This document shows positions 40,512 through 52,521 of a DNA stretch of 64,000 nucleotides, piece by piece. The stretch comes from Eremomyces bilateralis CBS 781.70 (Eukaryota). Within the stretch, counting starts at the first letter, position 1. Every line of letters begins with the position of its first letter. Both the position numbers and the translations under genes were made by a program. Where the stretch lies: the NCBI GenBank assembly GCA_010015585.1, contig ML975151.1. One strand, written 5' to 3'. The notes beneath the pieces are model-generated. The model saw only the letters and a program-made list of their open reading frames with translations. It ran no database searches and was not told the DNA's origin.

Positions 40512-41173
40512 GTTGCTCCTCGTGAGTCGTGTGACTCTTGTTACCCTTACCTTCTTGTTGCTAATGTCTTTCTCAGATTTCCTCGGCGTCGTTCTTTCTT
40601 CTTCGGACATCGCCTCCGCATCTCTCTCAGGCTCCACGGGACAGGGGCGGGTACTCATCGACTCGGACTTTCTTCATTTTTAAGCCTCGAGTAGACCGAT
40701 CTTAGCGGAGATTGTTTGGGCCTTGGGAAGGGGATGGTAAGTTTTCCTGCTTACTTATTTAACCCTTCTTTCGCTAATGCCTTGTCATAGGTATCTCTCA
40801 TGATCAGATTGAGCCTATCAGACGGCCATGGCCGAATGGCCGAACGGATTGTCATCAGTGTATATAGTTTTTTCAAACTGTCAACCTTTACCACACACCA
40901 AGCACCCTGTGTACACCCACCACCAATTTCATATATTTGACTCATTACTTGAGGCCATGGTTGCTGACCAGTCTATTCCGTCGTGAGATCAACGCATAGA
41001 TGCCCTAACGGCCTCGACGCGGACGCATCCACAGACCTGCCCTTCTTTGAGCTCGGTTCTTGTCCCATCAAGCTGCTAGGAGCTTGATCGCGAACGACAT
41101 ACTTGGTGTAATTTATTCTGCGAACGAACTTCAATATTTCAATGTATTCCTTATTAGGCCTATCTTCTTTCTA

Positions 41174-43830
41174 CTAACGTCGCTGTCTCTTGCGCGGGCT
41201 AAGTCCTTTCCAAGCATTTGAAGCCGTCTCTGCTGCAGCACGCTTAGGACGCTGTCTACGCACATCCCCAGACCCAAAAAGAGGATTTTGAGCATCGACT
41301 TGTGCAAATTTTTCGGCGTAGAAAGCTTGCATATCTCCAAAGTGATAATTCCATGCCATTATTGGGGTGCAGGAAGCATATATTCCGCTTGTAGCGAGAG
41401 CCATGTTCCGTGCTTCAACCAGTTCTATGGGGTCGTTTTCCTGCCCTGTCTCTGCCAAAAAATTGGTCACTGTACGAAGGTCACTGCAGTTATACAGAAA
41501 AGGCTGAAGCCGTCGACGTTCAATGTCGGCAAAGAACTCTTCCAACGTCGGAGGTTGCCAAGCAGTCTGTAGAGGGGATTAAGCTATAGTAACAGACACT
41601 GTAACAGAGACAGGTGAAGACAAATGAGATAGAGTAGGGGAAGATATAGGAGTAGGTACAGGGACCGACATAGATATAGAAGTAGTTATAGTGTTCGCAG
41701 CTAGTGTAGATGTAGGAATTGACATAGCGACAGAGGTGTTTATGTGTCGTAAGACCTCAGCAAGTGTTTGACCCCGAGGTTGAGGAGGAGGCTGAAATTG
41801 AGGGATAGAAGGTGGCACACGTCGTTCAAAAACTGATGGATCTCGACGAGTTGATGCCTCGTTCTTCCTCGGTGCACCTCTTGTTTAAGCAGGAAGCGGC
41901 TCTAGGATAGATTGATATGGCCTTGGAGAGAGACTTATTAACCGTCCTTGCTCGCGTTGATAGCGCCAATGATCGTCGTAGTCATTTAGTCGTAACGTCG
42001 ATCTAGAATTCATCATATCTCGTAGCGTATGATGACACGGAAGACCGTTTATGGCCTCAAAGAGACCAGAACAGGGATGTCCGCTGCGACGTTGTGTCTG
42101 CTCCTTCTGGCGCAGCAGATCCTGTTGTCTAATGCGTTCAATTGCCGGTGGCGTAAGAATGTCATGAATGCCGGGAGGTAGGAACGGCATTAACTCCAGT
42201 CTATGCCCGAATTTAACGCTGTGTTTAGAAGAAGCAATCTGTTTCTTATACTTGTTGTATTGACTCTTGACTATCTGCTCAATCCTTCCAACAACACGCA
42301 GCAAGTCGCCTCTTGAAGTCATAAGGTAGTCCTTCAATACCCTATGCATTCCTTCAACAAGAGAGGTTGTATTAGTATTATAGTGTCGATGCTGAGATGT
42401 CCAAGCAGCTGCCCACTTAGTGCGTGTATGCCATTGATTTTTGCGTAAGTATTGGCAAAGCTCTCGCTGGTCAGCATAGTCTTTGAGTAACTCGTCCCAC
42501 TTCAGCTCAAACTCAAGTAGTCCTTTTGCGTAGACAAGCTGCTCTAGTTAGTTCTATGAAATACTTATAAGAGGCCATTAGCGGGGAGCATACCTGACTC
42601 CAACGTTTCATAAATTGACCCCGTTGCTCAGTGATTCTCTGCTTCTCCTCTTTTGTCTCGCCATCAGCGTCTCGCCAGGTCTTTTGAGCTTTTGTTTGCA
42701 CGTTCTTGTTGATATGCCATACGCAAAGGAGTTGTAGAACACCTGGAAACAGAGTGCGAGCTGCCAGTTTCACCGCATCCTCTTGATCGCTAATGAACAC
42801 GCGTGGCTGCGGTGTCCCTGTCTTGAGGAGGAAGTTTGAGATTGCCTAATGGTAATCTGCTTCTTTCTCGCTGTAGAGGAAGCAGAACCCCGCAGAGAAG
42901 AAGGTCTGTAGATTGGTGCAGCCGAGTATGTGCAACAGTAGGAGTTTGTACTTGTTGGTTCGGTACGTACAGTCCATCAATAGGATATCGGGATTCACAA
43001 GTAGTAGCTCGATCTGCTTCTGGTAGGCAAAGAAGATACCTTGTACGTGATTATCCGCGTCCTTCTTAACAGTAAAGACCCATTCCGGCGTAGATAAGTC
43101 ATCCAGTAATGTCTTAATCGGAATCCTCCCATTCAAGTTCTTCTCTCTAATTGCCTTCCTCTCGCTGCGGATATCGGTAGCAGAGACAAGCGTTTCTGGG
43201 TCCTCCTTTTAAATGGCAGCCATTATCTGCATCGGCCGTACCCCAGCATGTATCATTAATTCAATTATGTCTTTCTATACTGATGTACGCCTGCGATAGA
43301 CATTATGCGCACTAGGATTAAGTGATCGGGGGTGGTTATGATGCTTGTGTAGCACCTCTAGCTTCTACTGGTCGTCATTTTTATTCTTGAATATGACAAG
43401 CCTAAAATTACACCCTATTGTGTGTGTGCTTGTGCTTAGAATCCTTGCTCTTGACTGATAGTTTCCGGACCGATCACAATGATAGTAATATCGCGTCTTT
43501 ATACCAGAACCGTGAGGGTTGCTCCATTTGAGTACGAAGCCGTAACCATGCTGCATACCATGGATCTTGAGAGCATTATAGGCTTCTTCATAGGACGCGT
43601 GAAGACCATCTGGAGGAGGGGCGATATCCTCTATGCTGAGGTCTGTAAGAGAAGGAAGAAATTGAATAATTATTGATAATTGAAGTTGTCCCTAACTAGG
43701 CGAGGATGAGAAATTGTGCGCTAGGCCCAGTTGAGCAATTAATTTCCACCATTACTAGTGTGAGGGAGAAATCTCATGCAAGGGAGAAATCTCAAATACG
43801 AAGGGAGAAATCTCACCAGCCAAATCTCAC
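41174..43830 (-). mobile_element. Mutator-like (MULE) transposon; transposase pseudogene about 41174-43627 inactivated by RIP-type mutations
   Basis: FAR1-like N-terminus (YYHCDRSG..GCNFRL..HNH), MULE DDE LLMDCTYRTNKY, FISDQE, LCVWHINKNV, TTSLVEGMH and GLPCHH; several in-frame TAG stops. Sub-terminal repeats AGGGAGAAATCTCA x3 at 43763-43815. Confidence 0.88.
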
Positions 43831-43967
43831 TGGCTGCGTAGCGTATTAGTAAAACCCAATCGCGAAGCGGGCTGAAAATTACTCAGCTTTACGCCCGTTG
43901 TGCCTAAAACTTCGGTCTCAGGAGCATCAACACAATCAATAGTCATGTCGTCTCAGCCTATTGCCTG

Positions 43968-46094
43968 ATGTTGTCTGTACCGCTTTCAATGCTCCCATCC
44001 GCCTCAACGACCTCCGATTCCTCTAATGATGCATCCGACGATGATGAGCTCGCTACCGAATTTATATGGAGAGCTCGATCCGATGCGACATCCGCTGCAG
44101 AAGCGGACCCAGAGCCCCCATTAATGCCATCTCCAGCTGCACCGGCAGGCTCTTCCGCTGGATGTCTCAACTGCCCAACTGGACGCCCTGGAGAGGCCTC
44201 TTATATAGCTATTGATCCGGCTACTAAGATGCCTCTGGGCCAAACTGGAACGTCGTTTCAGAAGATGGAGGGATACGTCTCCTATTATCACAATCCGGAG
44301 GCGCTGCTTGATCTCCCTATTGGCGTTCAAGGCCCCATTAATGCTACAGACACCCAGAATGCTCTATGTGGAAATCCTAGCTGTATCGGCTGCGGCATTT
44401 CCCATCGTGATGGCCAGTCCCTAGATCCATTGCTTTATAATCGATATCCATCGTCCTTCGAAGAGCTTGTAGAGCGATGGGATCTCCCGCTTGTACTCTT
44501 CTCGCAGATATTCGATCAGAAGCTATATACGACGATCGCAGAGCACTCCAACAAGTACGCCCAAAAGCAACAAATCCCGGTTAGCCCTGTTACCGCAGGC
44601 CATATCCAGATATGGCTAGGTCTAGTCCTCTATATGGGGACCTTCAACATCGCATCTCGACGAGATCTATGGAGCAGACATGGCCAGCAACGTCTCCATT
44701 GTATCTCCAGATTTATGTCCTTTACTAGGTGGAATGATATCAAACGAATCATCCATCTTAGTGACCCCGAAACGGAGCCTAATCCGCACTCAGTCTTCGA
44801 GAAAGTCCAGCCGATTGCTTCGATTTTAAATGCTCGCTTTCAGCGTGTATATATCCCTTCAAACTATATTTCAATCGACGAGATCATAGTCAAATTCACA
44901 AGGCGCCCGAAAGAGATCGTCTCGAAACCTATCCCCGTGGACTATAAGATCCTGGCCCTCGCCGATAGAGGCTATGTTTATAGCTTTCTCTTTACCCCAG
45001 GGAATAGTTATGAGACTGCTGGAAAGAAAGATACATCATCAATCCATGAAGTTGAATATCAACCTCCCTTTGGGTGCGAAGATCTTGAGCTTACAGCCGC
45101 ATCAAAGGCTGTGGTTACCCTCGCAGCCTCTCTGCCCGTTGACCTCCGCCGCTTCGTTATCTTTATGGATAACCATTTCACCAACGTTCGCTTGCTCTCC
45201 GTTCTTCGAAGGATGGGGGTTGGGGCCTGTGGCACGACAAGTGCAGCCTATAAGGAATATCCTTTACAGCACTTTCAAGTCGGGAAGGACGATTGCAAAT
45301 GGCCGCTTCAGAAGCAGGATTTCCTCTGTATACGTGATGTTGCTAGCCTGCTATGGAAGGATCGAGTGCTCGTTCGCTTTCTTTTCACCGTTTTCAGCCC
45401 AGACGAAAATGGTCTGGTACTGAGGAAGCGCCCGGCGACTGGTGCCGCAGCGTATCAGAGAGAACTTGATCAAATCTACCCCCCAGGGGCCCATGAAGCG
45501 GAGGTTCTACAGCCTAAAGCAGCCATAATATACAACGCCTTTATGGGCGATGTAGATATCGCTGACCAGCGCCGAGCTTACTCCACGTCCCATCTCATCG
45601 GCCATAAGACATGGCATCCTATTCTCTTCTGGATACTCGATACAGTCGCTTCGAACGCCCATATCCTCGGTACATGGCAGTTTCAAAAGATGAACGTCAA
45701 ATACCTACAAAACCTTAAGGATTTTCGTCTACAGCTCGCCTGGAACATGGTCATTAAAGGTACCTCGATCGACCATGGCTCCCGGTCGGTACAGGGCTTC
45801 AATGAGCAAGATGGACCTCAGATTCGAGGTAACCGAGGTCTTCGGAGAGCTGGAAACTCATATATATCGCGAAATACCGACTTTCCGTACTTTGCGACGC
45901 TCAGAAATGGAGCTCATCGCCCAGTACGGATTCCGAACGGCAAGCGGCGCTGGTGTTGGTTTTGTAGGTGGAAAAAGCGCAAAGATGACCAAGTTAAGGA
46001 CCACAGGACGTTTCTCTACTGTGAGGTCTGTGGAGAGGCGTTTCCGCTCTGTACCACTTGTATAGAGCCATTCCATCAACAGCGACCTAGCTAG
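43968..46094 (+). mobile_element. piggyBac transposase (DDE_Tnp_1_7), 708-codon open frame; candidate right end at about 46385
   Basis: WLGLVLYMG, MSFTRW..IKR, ISIDE, FMDNHFT, WKD, YNAFMGDVDIADQ, and C-terminal cysteine-rich CWFC..CEVC..LCTTC..FH. Candidate right end ...CAGCATGGTCAGGGG|TTAC. Confidence 0.88.
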
Positions 46095-46579
46095 ATTCTT
46101 CTTCTTCACACTCGACTATCTACTCTGTATGAGATTCTTGTACAAATCGAATGTGACGGCATGACTACCCGATTCCATACAGGCTTTTCATACCACTTGG
46201 GATGGCCGCGCTAATTCCAATTCCGGGATGTTTGATGGCTTGATGCAGCATAATTACCTAATATTCAGTGCTGGACTCCCTTTCCAATTTCCATCCGTTG
46301 CTATTGTTGGCTCCTTTTCTCAAGGTCCGTGCCCGCCCGCTTATTTTAACGTAAATTAACGTCCGCAACTCAGCATGGTCAGGGGTTACGGCGGACGAAG
46401 AGGACCGGACCTGCCAGCACGTGGATATCTGCTTTATGTTCCATAGGCCGACTTCATTAGTTCATCTGAGGAGTTCAGCTTTTGGAACTAAGATCCATCA
46501 TATTCATAATATCCATTGCAATCTACGACGAATCTACTATAATATTAGCGCTACCTGCTATTCCATATTTGAAGCATTT

Positions 46580-46830
46580 CGAGGGGGAAGAAATTGAGTT
46601 ACGTTTCTTGGCATTCCCTCAAGCACAGCTCCCACGACCTTAGCCAGAACGCGGCGAAGGATTCACCAAAAGTCCAAAACAGACCTCTAGTAGTCGCCTA
46701 GTTAGGAAAAGAGTATACTTTTTGTCTTTTGATATTATGCTGTTTTTGAACGAATTGGGCCTACCTATGAGTTAGTGGTAAGTTAGTGATGGTTAGAAGA
46801 ATGCCAAGAAACGTAATTTCTTCCCCCCGG
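46580..46830. mobile_element. MITE, about 250 bp, with about 32-bp TIRs
   Basis: Left GGGGGAAGAAATT(gagtt)ACGTTTCTTGGCATTC; right GAATGCCAAGAAACGTAATTTCTTCCCCC is its reverse complement. Confidence 0.8.
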
Positions 46831-47454
46831 AGGGTGCTAGGACGTCACGCGTGCCATCAACATCCTCATTTATTGCGACATCACATTAATCAGAGCGATC
46901 GTTGTCTTCGAATCCGCCTGTACAAGCAGCCTTTCGTGTTTCCGCAGTTGCCGGGTTAATTATATTCATTTGATGCCAGGGGCATTCCGTTTATCCGTAT
47001 TCCGGATCTACTTCTAGTTTATGCCAAGGGCAGCCAAGGTTTCCCTTACCCAGGCTTGGAGGCTTGGAGCACTTGTTCCCTGCCACATCCCACGCCCGAG
47101 GCATTTCAAGCCGCGATCGCTGATGATAAACGGCTGCGGTATGATTGCACGAACGAACCCCACAATGTCCAACGGCGATCAGTATGATCCTCACCAATGG
47201 ATTTTCCTGAAGTTTGCACGCACGTTGGTAATTTCCCGATGCTGCATCACCACGTGTGCAACGATTGCGTTCGATTGGCAAAGGTTCTGCCTCTATGATG
47301 TGCTACATCAGAGAACCACCAAAGTGTATAAAGAAATTACCCGGATGCCTGTAGTCTAGGAATACTGATGGATATAAGCCTTCATTGTCCGCAAACAAGC
47401 TGTTGAATGAACCAGTGAGCGCTGTTTTCTTGAAAGCCAATATTGTTACTCACA

Positions 47455-49809
47455 ATGCGGGCAGCAGCTCAGCTTTTCCCCCTCCTCTCTCTGGTTGGGC
47501 AAGTTCTTGGGGAGAGTTTCGATGCCAATATCAACTATGGCAGCCCGTCCCGAAGGCACGCCGGCCTCGGACTCGACGTCCCTCTAATTGAGCGGCGATT
47601 CGTGAAGAGAGATGATAGGACGTACGACCCTAAAGAGCTGAATTTCACCCACGGTGTTGCATCTGGGGACCCATATCCGAACAGTGTTATTCTGTGGACC
47701 CGCATCGCGCCCTCTCTAAAATCAGATGAGAGCAATGTGGTTGTCAGCGGCACCGCGCCACTCTATAACCATGATACCGAGCCATATATCAAGGCATCCA
47801 AGAACCCCATCTGCGTTGAGTACAAGGTATACTCGGATAAGGAGGCCAGAAGGGTTGTCGACAAGGGCAAGGCATATACCACCAGTGATATTGACTATAC
47901 GCTCAAAGTAAGTCCAACTTCTTCCGGATCTATTTCTTCGACTGATTCGTTCCAGGTTGAAGCGAAAAATCTGAGGCCATTCACAAAATATTGGTATCAA
48001 TTCAATGTCTGCGGCACAGATATCAAGAGTCCTCTTGGCCGAACGAAGACAAGCCCGAACGAAAACGACAGTGGCAAGGACATCAAGCTAGCCGTCTTTT
48101 CATGCTCCAATTACCGTAAGCATATCTAGTTGGCGAGGATAAGATAGCAAGACTGACTTACCCAGCGAATGGATACTTCAACGCCTACGGTAACGTAGCA
48201 AGGAAGGATAACGTTGACTATGTTGTGAGTGCTCCGGAATTCTAGGGATGTTCCATCACTGATTCTGGCTGCGTCAGGTCCATCTCGGAGATTACATCTA
48301 TGAGACCAAAAAGGGTAAGTTGGGGACAGATGAACGAGCGACGGATCCGCCAAACGCCATCTTCACCTTGTACGATTATAGGACACGACATGGACAGGTA
48401 AAGTTTTCAAGCTCATGATAACCATGTCTGCACTTAACATCATGTTTCAGTATCGTTCGGATCTCGACCTTCGAGCCACACACGAACAGTTCCCTTGGAT
48501 CCCGGTATGGGATGATCATGGTAAGAAGTACGTGTCACAATTGAAGTTGGTCTGACATTCTGCAGAGATTGCAAACAACGGTTACAGGGATGGCATGTCT
48601 GCGCTCAACAACACGGAAGAATCATTCCTCAATCATGGTGGTATCTCCGTTGACCAGCGCAAGATGAACGCCGTGAGAGCGTACTTTGAGTGGATGCCCA
48701 TTCGGTAAGCTGGTACTCCAATGCTCCCATGACAATCCAGTAACACGGCGAACAGACAAGTGGATATGGATGACAATCTCCGTATTTGGAGGTCCTTCCA
48801 GCTTGGGAAAACTATGGATCTGATCATGTTGGACACCCGTAACTATGATCGCAGCATTACGGACCTTGGTGCGATTCCCCACAATCCTATGATCGGTGAC
48901 AATGACCGTACTGGCGAATAGAGCGCTGACAAGAAGTTAGGCTGGAATGCCGACTACATTGACCTCATCGGAAATGATGCCGCACGCACGCTGATGGGCT
49001 CTCACCAAGAGAATTGGTTCTATAATCAGTTGTCCAAGTCCCAGAAGCGAGGAGCGACGTGGCGAGTGATTGGGAACCAGCTCGTTTTCTCTCGAGGTGC
49101 CCGCGTGGTCGACGGAAAGCTTACAATGGCCGGAGACAATTGGAATGTAAGCTTGCCCAGTGTACTCCACGCACTCGAGTGAAAAGCTTACCTTCGAAGG
49201 GATACCTTTCCAACCGAAATCGGACTTTCAAGCATTGGTATGACAATGATATTGGCAACAATATCATGCTGGCAGGCGATTCTCACAAGAACTGGGTAAG
49301 TCAATATACCACTGGCCTTCTTTCGCCTGCGATCTAACCCTTTTTAGGTCAGCGACCTCGTTTGGCTTGATGAGCATCCATATGACCCGGCCACCGGCGA
49401 AGGGTCAGTTGGCGTCGAGTTCGCAGGAACGGCGGTGTCCAGCACCGGGTATGGCGGCACCCTCGCTACTGCTGACGAAACGGCCGAAAGTTGGGTGACG
49501 CAGAACGCCGAGATGCATTGGATTGAGGGATACTATCGCGGATACTTTGAGCTCCATGTCTCGCCCAAAGAGGCGGTGGCGAGGTACTATGGATGCCCAA
49601 CGGTTGCTACTCGAAATGCGTGGGAGATTCCGCTGGCCAACTTCACCGTCAAAGCGGGCGCTAACCGCTTGAGCCGTCCCCTGGCTGGCGGTAACGTTGA
49701 AGCGGGTTATTTGTCGGATGGGACGATTACCCACACCAATTTGACCCTCAACACCGAGACTGGCGAGTGGAAGGAGATCGGGTTTGAGCAGATGTTCATT
49801 CAATACTAA
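47455..49809 (+). CDS. Secreted alkaline phosphatase D (PhoD family), about 10 introns
   Basis: Signal peptide MRAAAQLFPLLSLVGQVLG; FTHGVASGDPYPNSVILWTR, LAVFSCSN, HLGDYIYE, VWDDHE, AYFEWMP, MLDTR, LAGDSH and GVEFAGT. Confidence 0.92.
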
Positions 49810-51699
49810 GATACAGTTCTCCACATCAATGACTAGTCCGGGTCATTTATAGCAAGGGTCGACTCTCACCCTCTCTAACCAAATTCAAGCATATTCCGAG
49901 TATTCCGCTGTCCAAATATTCTTTCAGGACAGGTGTCCATTGTGCGTGTATTTAAAGATAATCCGGAGATGCCCCCCTCGTCGCTTCACTGAGATGATCA
50001 CTCTCCTACTGTCCGAGAAATGGTATTCCATACGATCCGTGTTGAGGTTTTCCTAAACCACTTCCGCAACTCCTCCAGGAATAGAGGCAGAGTTGGGGCG
50101 AGGTCTTTTATGGGCCTCGCCTGTCCTGTCATTCTCTCGCTGGGGATTGGCGGCCCAAAATTTGGGAACCTATTTGGCAGGCTTCTGAAAAATAGGAATC
50201 GGTTTCCTCGTCTAAATTTCTAACATTAACTTAGTTGCCTTGAAATACATGCTTTTAGATGTCCTCGGAAGTTACCTGTGTCATTGAAGCAAAACTGAAC
50301 GTATCACCATTTGGACTGCTGAGGTATGACAATCGAGGTCGAGGAAAGTAAGAAAGAGCGGCATCAGCCAGGTGTTGCCTGCAGCGAGATTTTCGCGGAC
50401 GGTGCCGCCCGCAACCACTACGACCCGCTTGTTCCCTCGTACCAAACGGGTTCGAGCAACTGTAGACTGATACAGTATCAACAAGCAAAATATCGACTGG
50501 GTAGGCCGAAGCCTTTTGGCAGTCGCAGAGTTCATTTGCCAGAACAGCGCAGCTGGATATGAGGTGAGTCACTGAACTCTGCCTGGATCCCAATTAGGCA
50601 CGTTACAAGGGCCAGGCAATAGCAAACATGTTGAAGGAGCATTTGAGCCAATGAACCACTCATGCATTGGTTCTCGGCCCGACGAGCCCGAGCATCGAAG
50701 GCAGGGTATTACTCTGTAATGGAGCGGACCGGTCAGGGAATTAGGCAACCGTACGCTAAGCAATCGGAAGAGAAGCGCCAACCAACCCGTTTAATGGATA
50801 CGAGATATAATTCTGTGCTGCATGCAATGTGCCCCTCTCTGGTGCATGCAGAGAGACAGCGTTGATGATGTCTCCAAAGGCGGAAGGTAAGGGTATTCAT
50901 GAGGCGATCGGAGTGGTCGAAAACGACAGTTACTGTCCCGAGTTGAGGATAAAAGCTGTCGACTCCTCACTTTCATCAGGCTCCCTCCTCGTCCACAAAG
51001 CTAAACCGTTTCTCGAATCTGTCTATTGCAACTTGCTGTCTGTCACATCTACCTCTGCGATCACCCTCCGCAAGCTCTTTGCACGAGCCGAACAAGGCTA
51101 AAATCATCACCATGTATGTCTTCTCCAATAATTGATAGGTTCTTCCTCACCGTTGATTTACTGCATCCGCTGTCGCAATGATATCTTGCTGATTAACCTC
51201 CAGAATGGCCTCTGCTCAAATTGAAGAACCAAAGAATGCCTGCGAGTTCCGAACAGGCACCCAAACCGACGGATCCAGGTACACCTACAAGCAATCCGAC
51301 TGTGGACGAACCGATCGTAAATACTCCTCCACTACGTGCCCCCTCAATCAAATTAGGTGAGACTCAGGCAAGGCATGCGTTGACACGGTCATTCGTAACC
51401 GTGGACAGTTGATTGTGTTTCAGAGCTAGTTGGACCTTCATGCCGGAAGAGCAGGAATGTGTTTGAGGAAAGGGATGGCGACCGGTAGAGATATGTGGAG
51501 GAAATGGTGAATATCGTCTCACCTTGTTTTCTCCTTCTTTTCGCAAGATCCGCAGAGCTTGGACAGTCATTCAGTTAGGAAGCGTAGTAATTAAATGCTG
51601 TGTTCCTTTATCATCTTTCCTCTGATGGTTGCCTGAAGTCTTTTGCCTGTGTGAATCAAGGGCAACGCAGATATTCCAATCTTAACAGGATGGAATGGC

Positions 51700-52521
51700 T
51701 TATATGCTTGCATTGGGTGGAGAGGCATTCGATGCGTACGAATGGAGGAAACCCTTGATCATGGAAAATCCATGCCAATCATTACTATACACCGCAGTTT
51801 CAAAGTCTTCGGTCCATCCCTTTGTTCCCCCTTTTAAGCCAAGCACTTCCCCTTCTCTTGCTGATGAATCAAAGTCTGTGAGGACAAACGTATCTCCGTT
51901 AGACAATATGTTGTGTGGATTAATGTCCCCATGAACGATACCAAGTCCGTGGAGATGTTCGATACCCATTTTAATACTCCTCAAACATGCCACTGTGTCA
52001 ATTGGTTGGGCATCTTTAACCCTTTGGAAGAGCGTGTCGCCATATCTTTCAAAGCAGAGCCCTGTTATCACGCCATCTTCAACTTCGCAACCTAGGTATC
52101 TTGCAATGTTTGGATGCGGGGACTTCGCCAGAATCTCGCATATTTGAGCCTCACGTAGCACCAGAGTACTTATATCCGTCGATGCCTTGGTGTCTCCATA
52201 ATAGAGCAAGCTAGGTCGTTTCACATATGAATTTGGAGGTAGGCGGTTCGCCGCTCGTGTGTAGCTTGCTGGAAATACTGGCCGGATCCGCGAGATTGGA
52301 ATCGGATGAAGATTAAGAGTGGATGGATCTATCTTGGAGGACGGAGGATAGCGGCGATCGGTGATAGCATAGAAATACCGAGAGCCGTCGCGGAGGATGA
52401 CCTTGGTGTGGGAAAATGTAAGGACATCGTCCACCTGCTCCCATGCTTCGCTATGCTCCAAGATTTCAAGCACCTAACTGGGATCAGCATAAATCGAGAA
52501 GGATATTCAGTAGCATACCAT
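51700..52521 (-). CDS. Small fungal protein-kinase-like protein (about 258 aa); first coding exon is only the ATG
   Basis: YVKRP (Lys), REAQICE (helix C Glu), HPNIARYLG, HGDINPHNIL and TDFD. ATG|GTATGC...GCTGAT..TAG| intron 52518-52474 joins in frame to ORF 51700-52473. Confidence 0.8.

Larger units (their letters stand above)
38450..40790 (+). ncRNA. Putative multi-intron, ORF-poor transcript (lncRNA-like, probably TE-derived)
   Basis: Six canonical 50-56 nt + strand introns with branch-site-like motifs (39226-39279, 39349-39399, 39479-39528, 39691-39746, 40522-40576, 40737-40790) plus a short candidate at 38450-38484. Exons are pyrimidine-rich and mutually similar. Confidence 0.45.

Noticed and set aside
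38001..43830. A single MuDR-like element with convergent mudrA/mudrB-type genes
   Set aside because: The two candidate termini are not inverted repeats of each other and no shared target-site duplication is visible.
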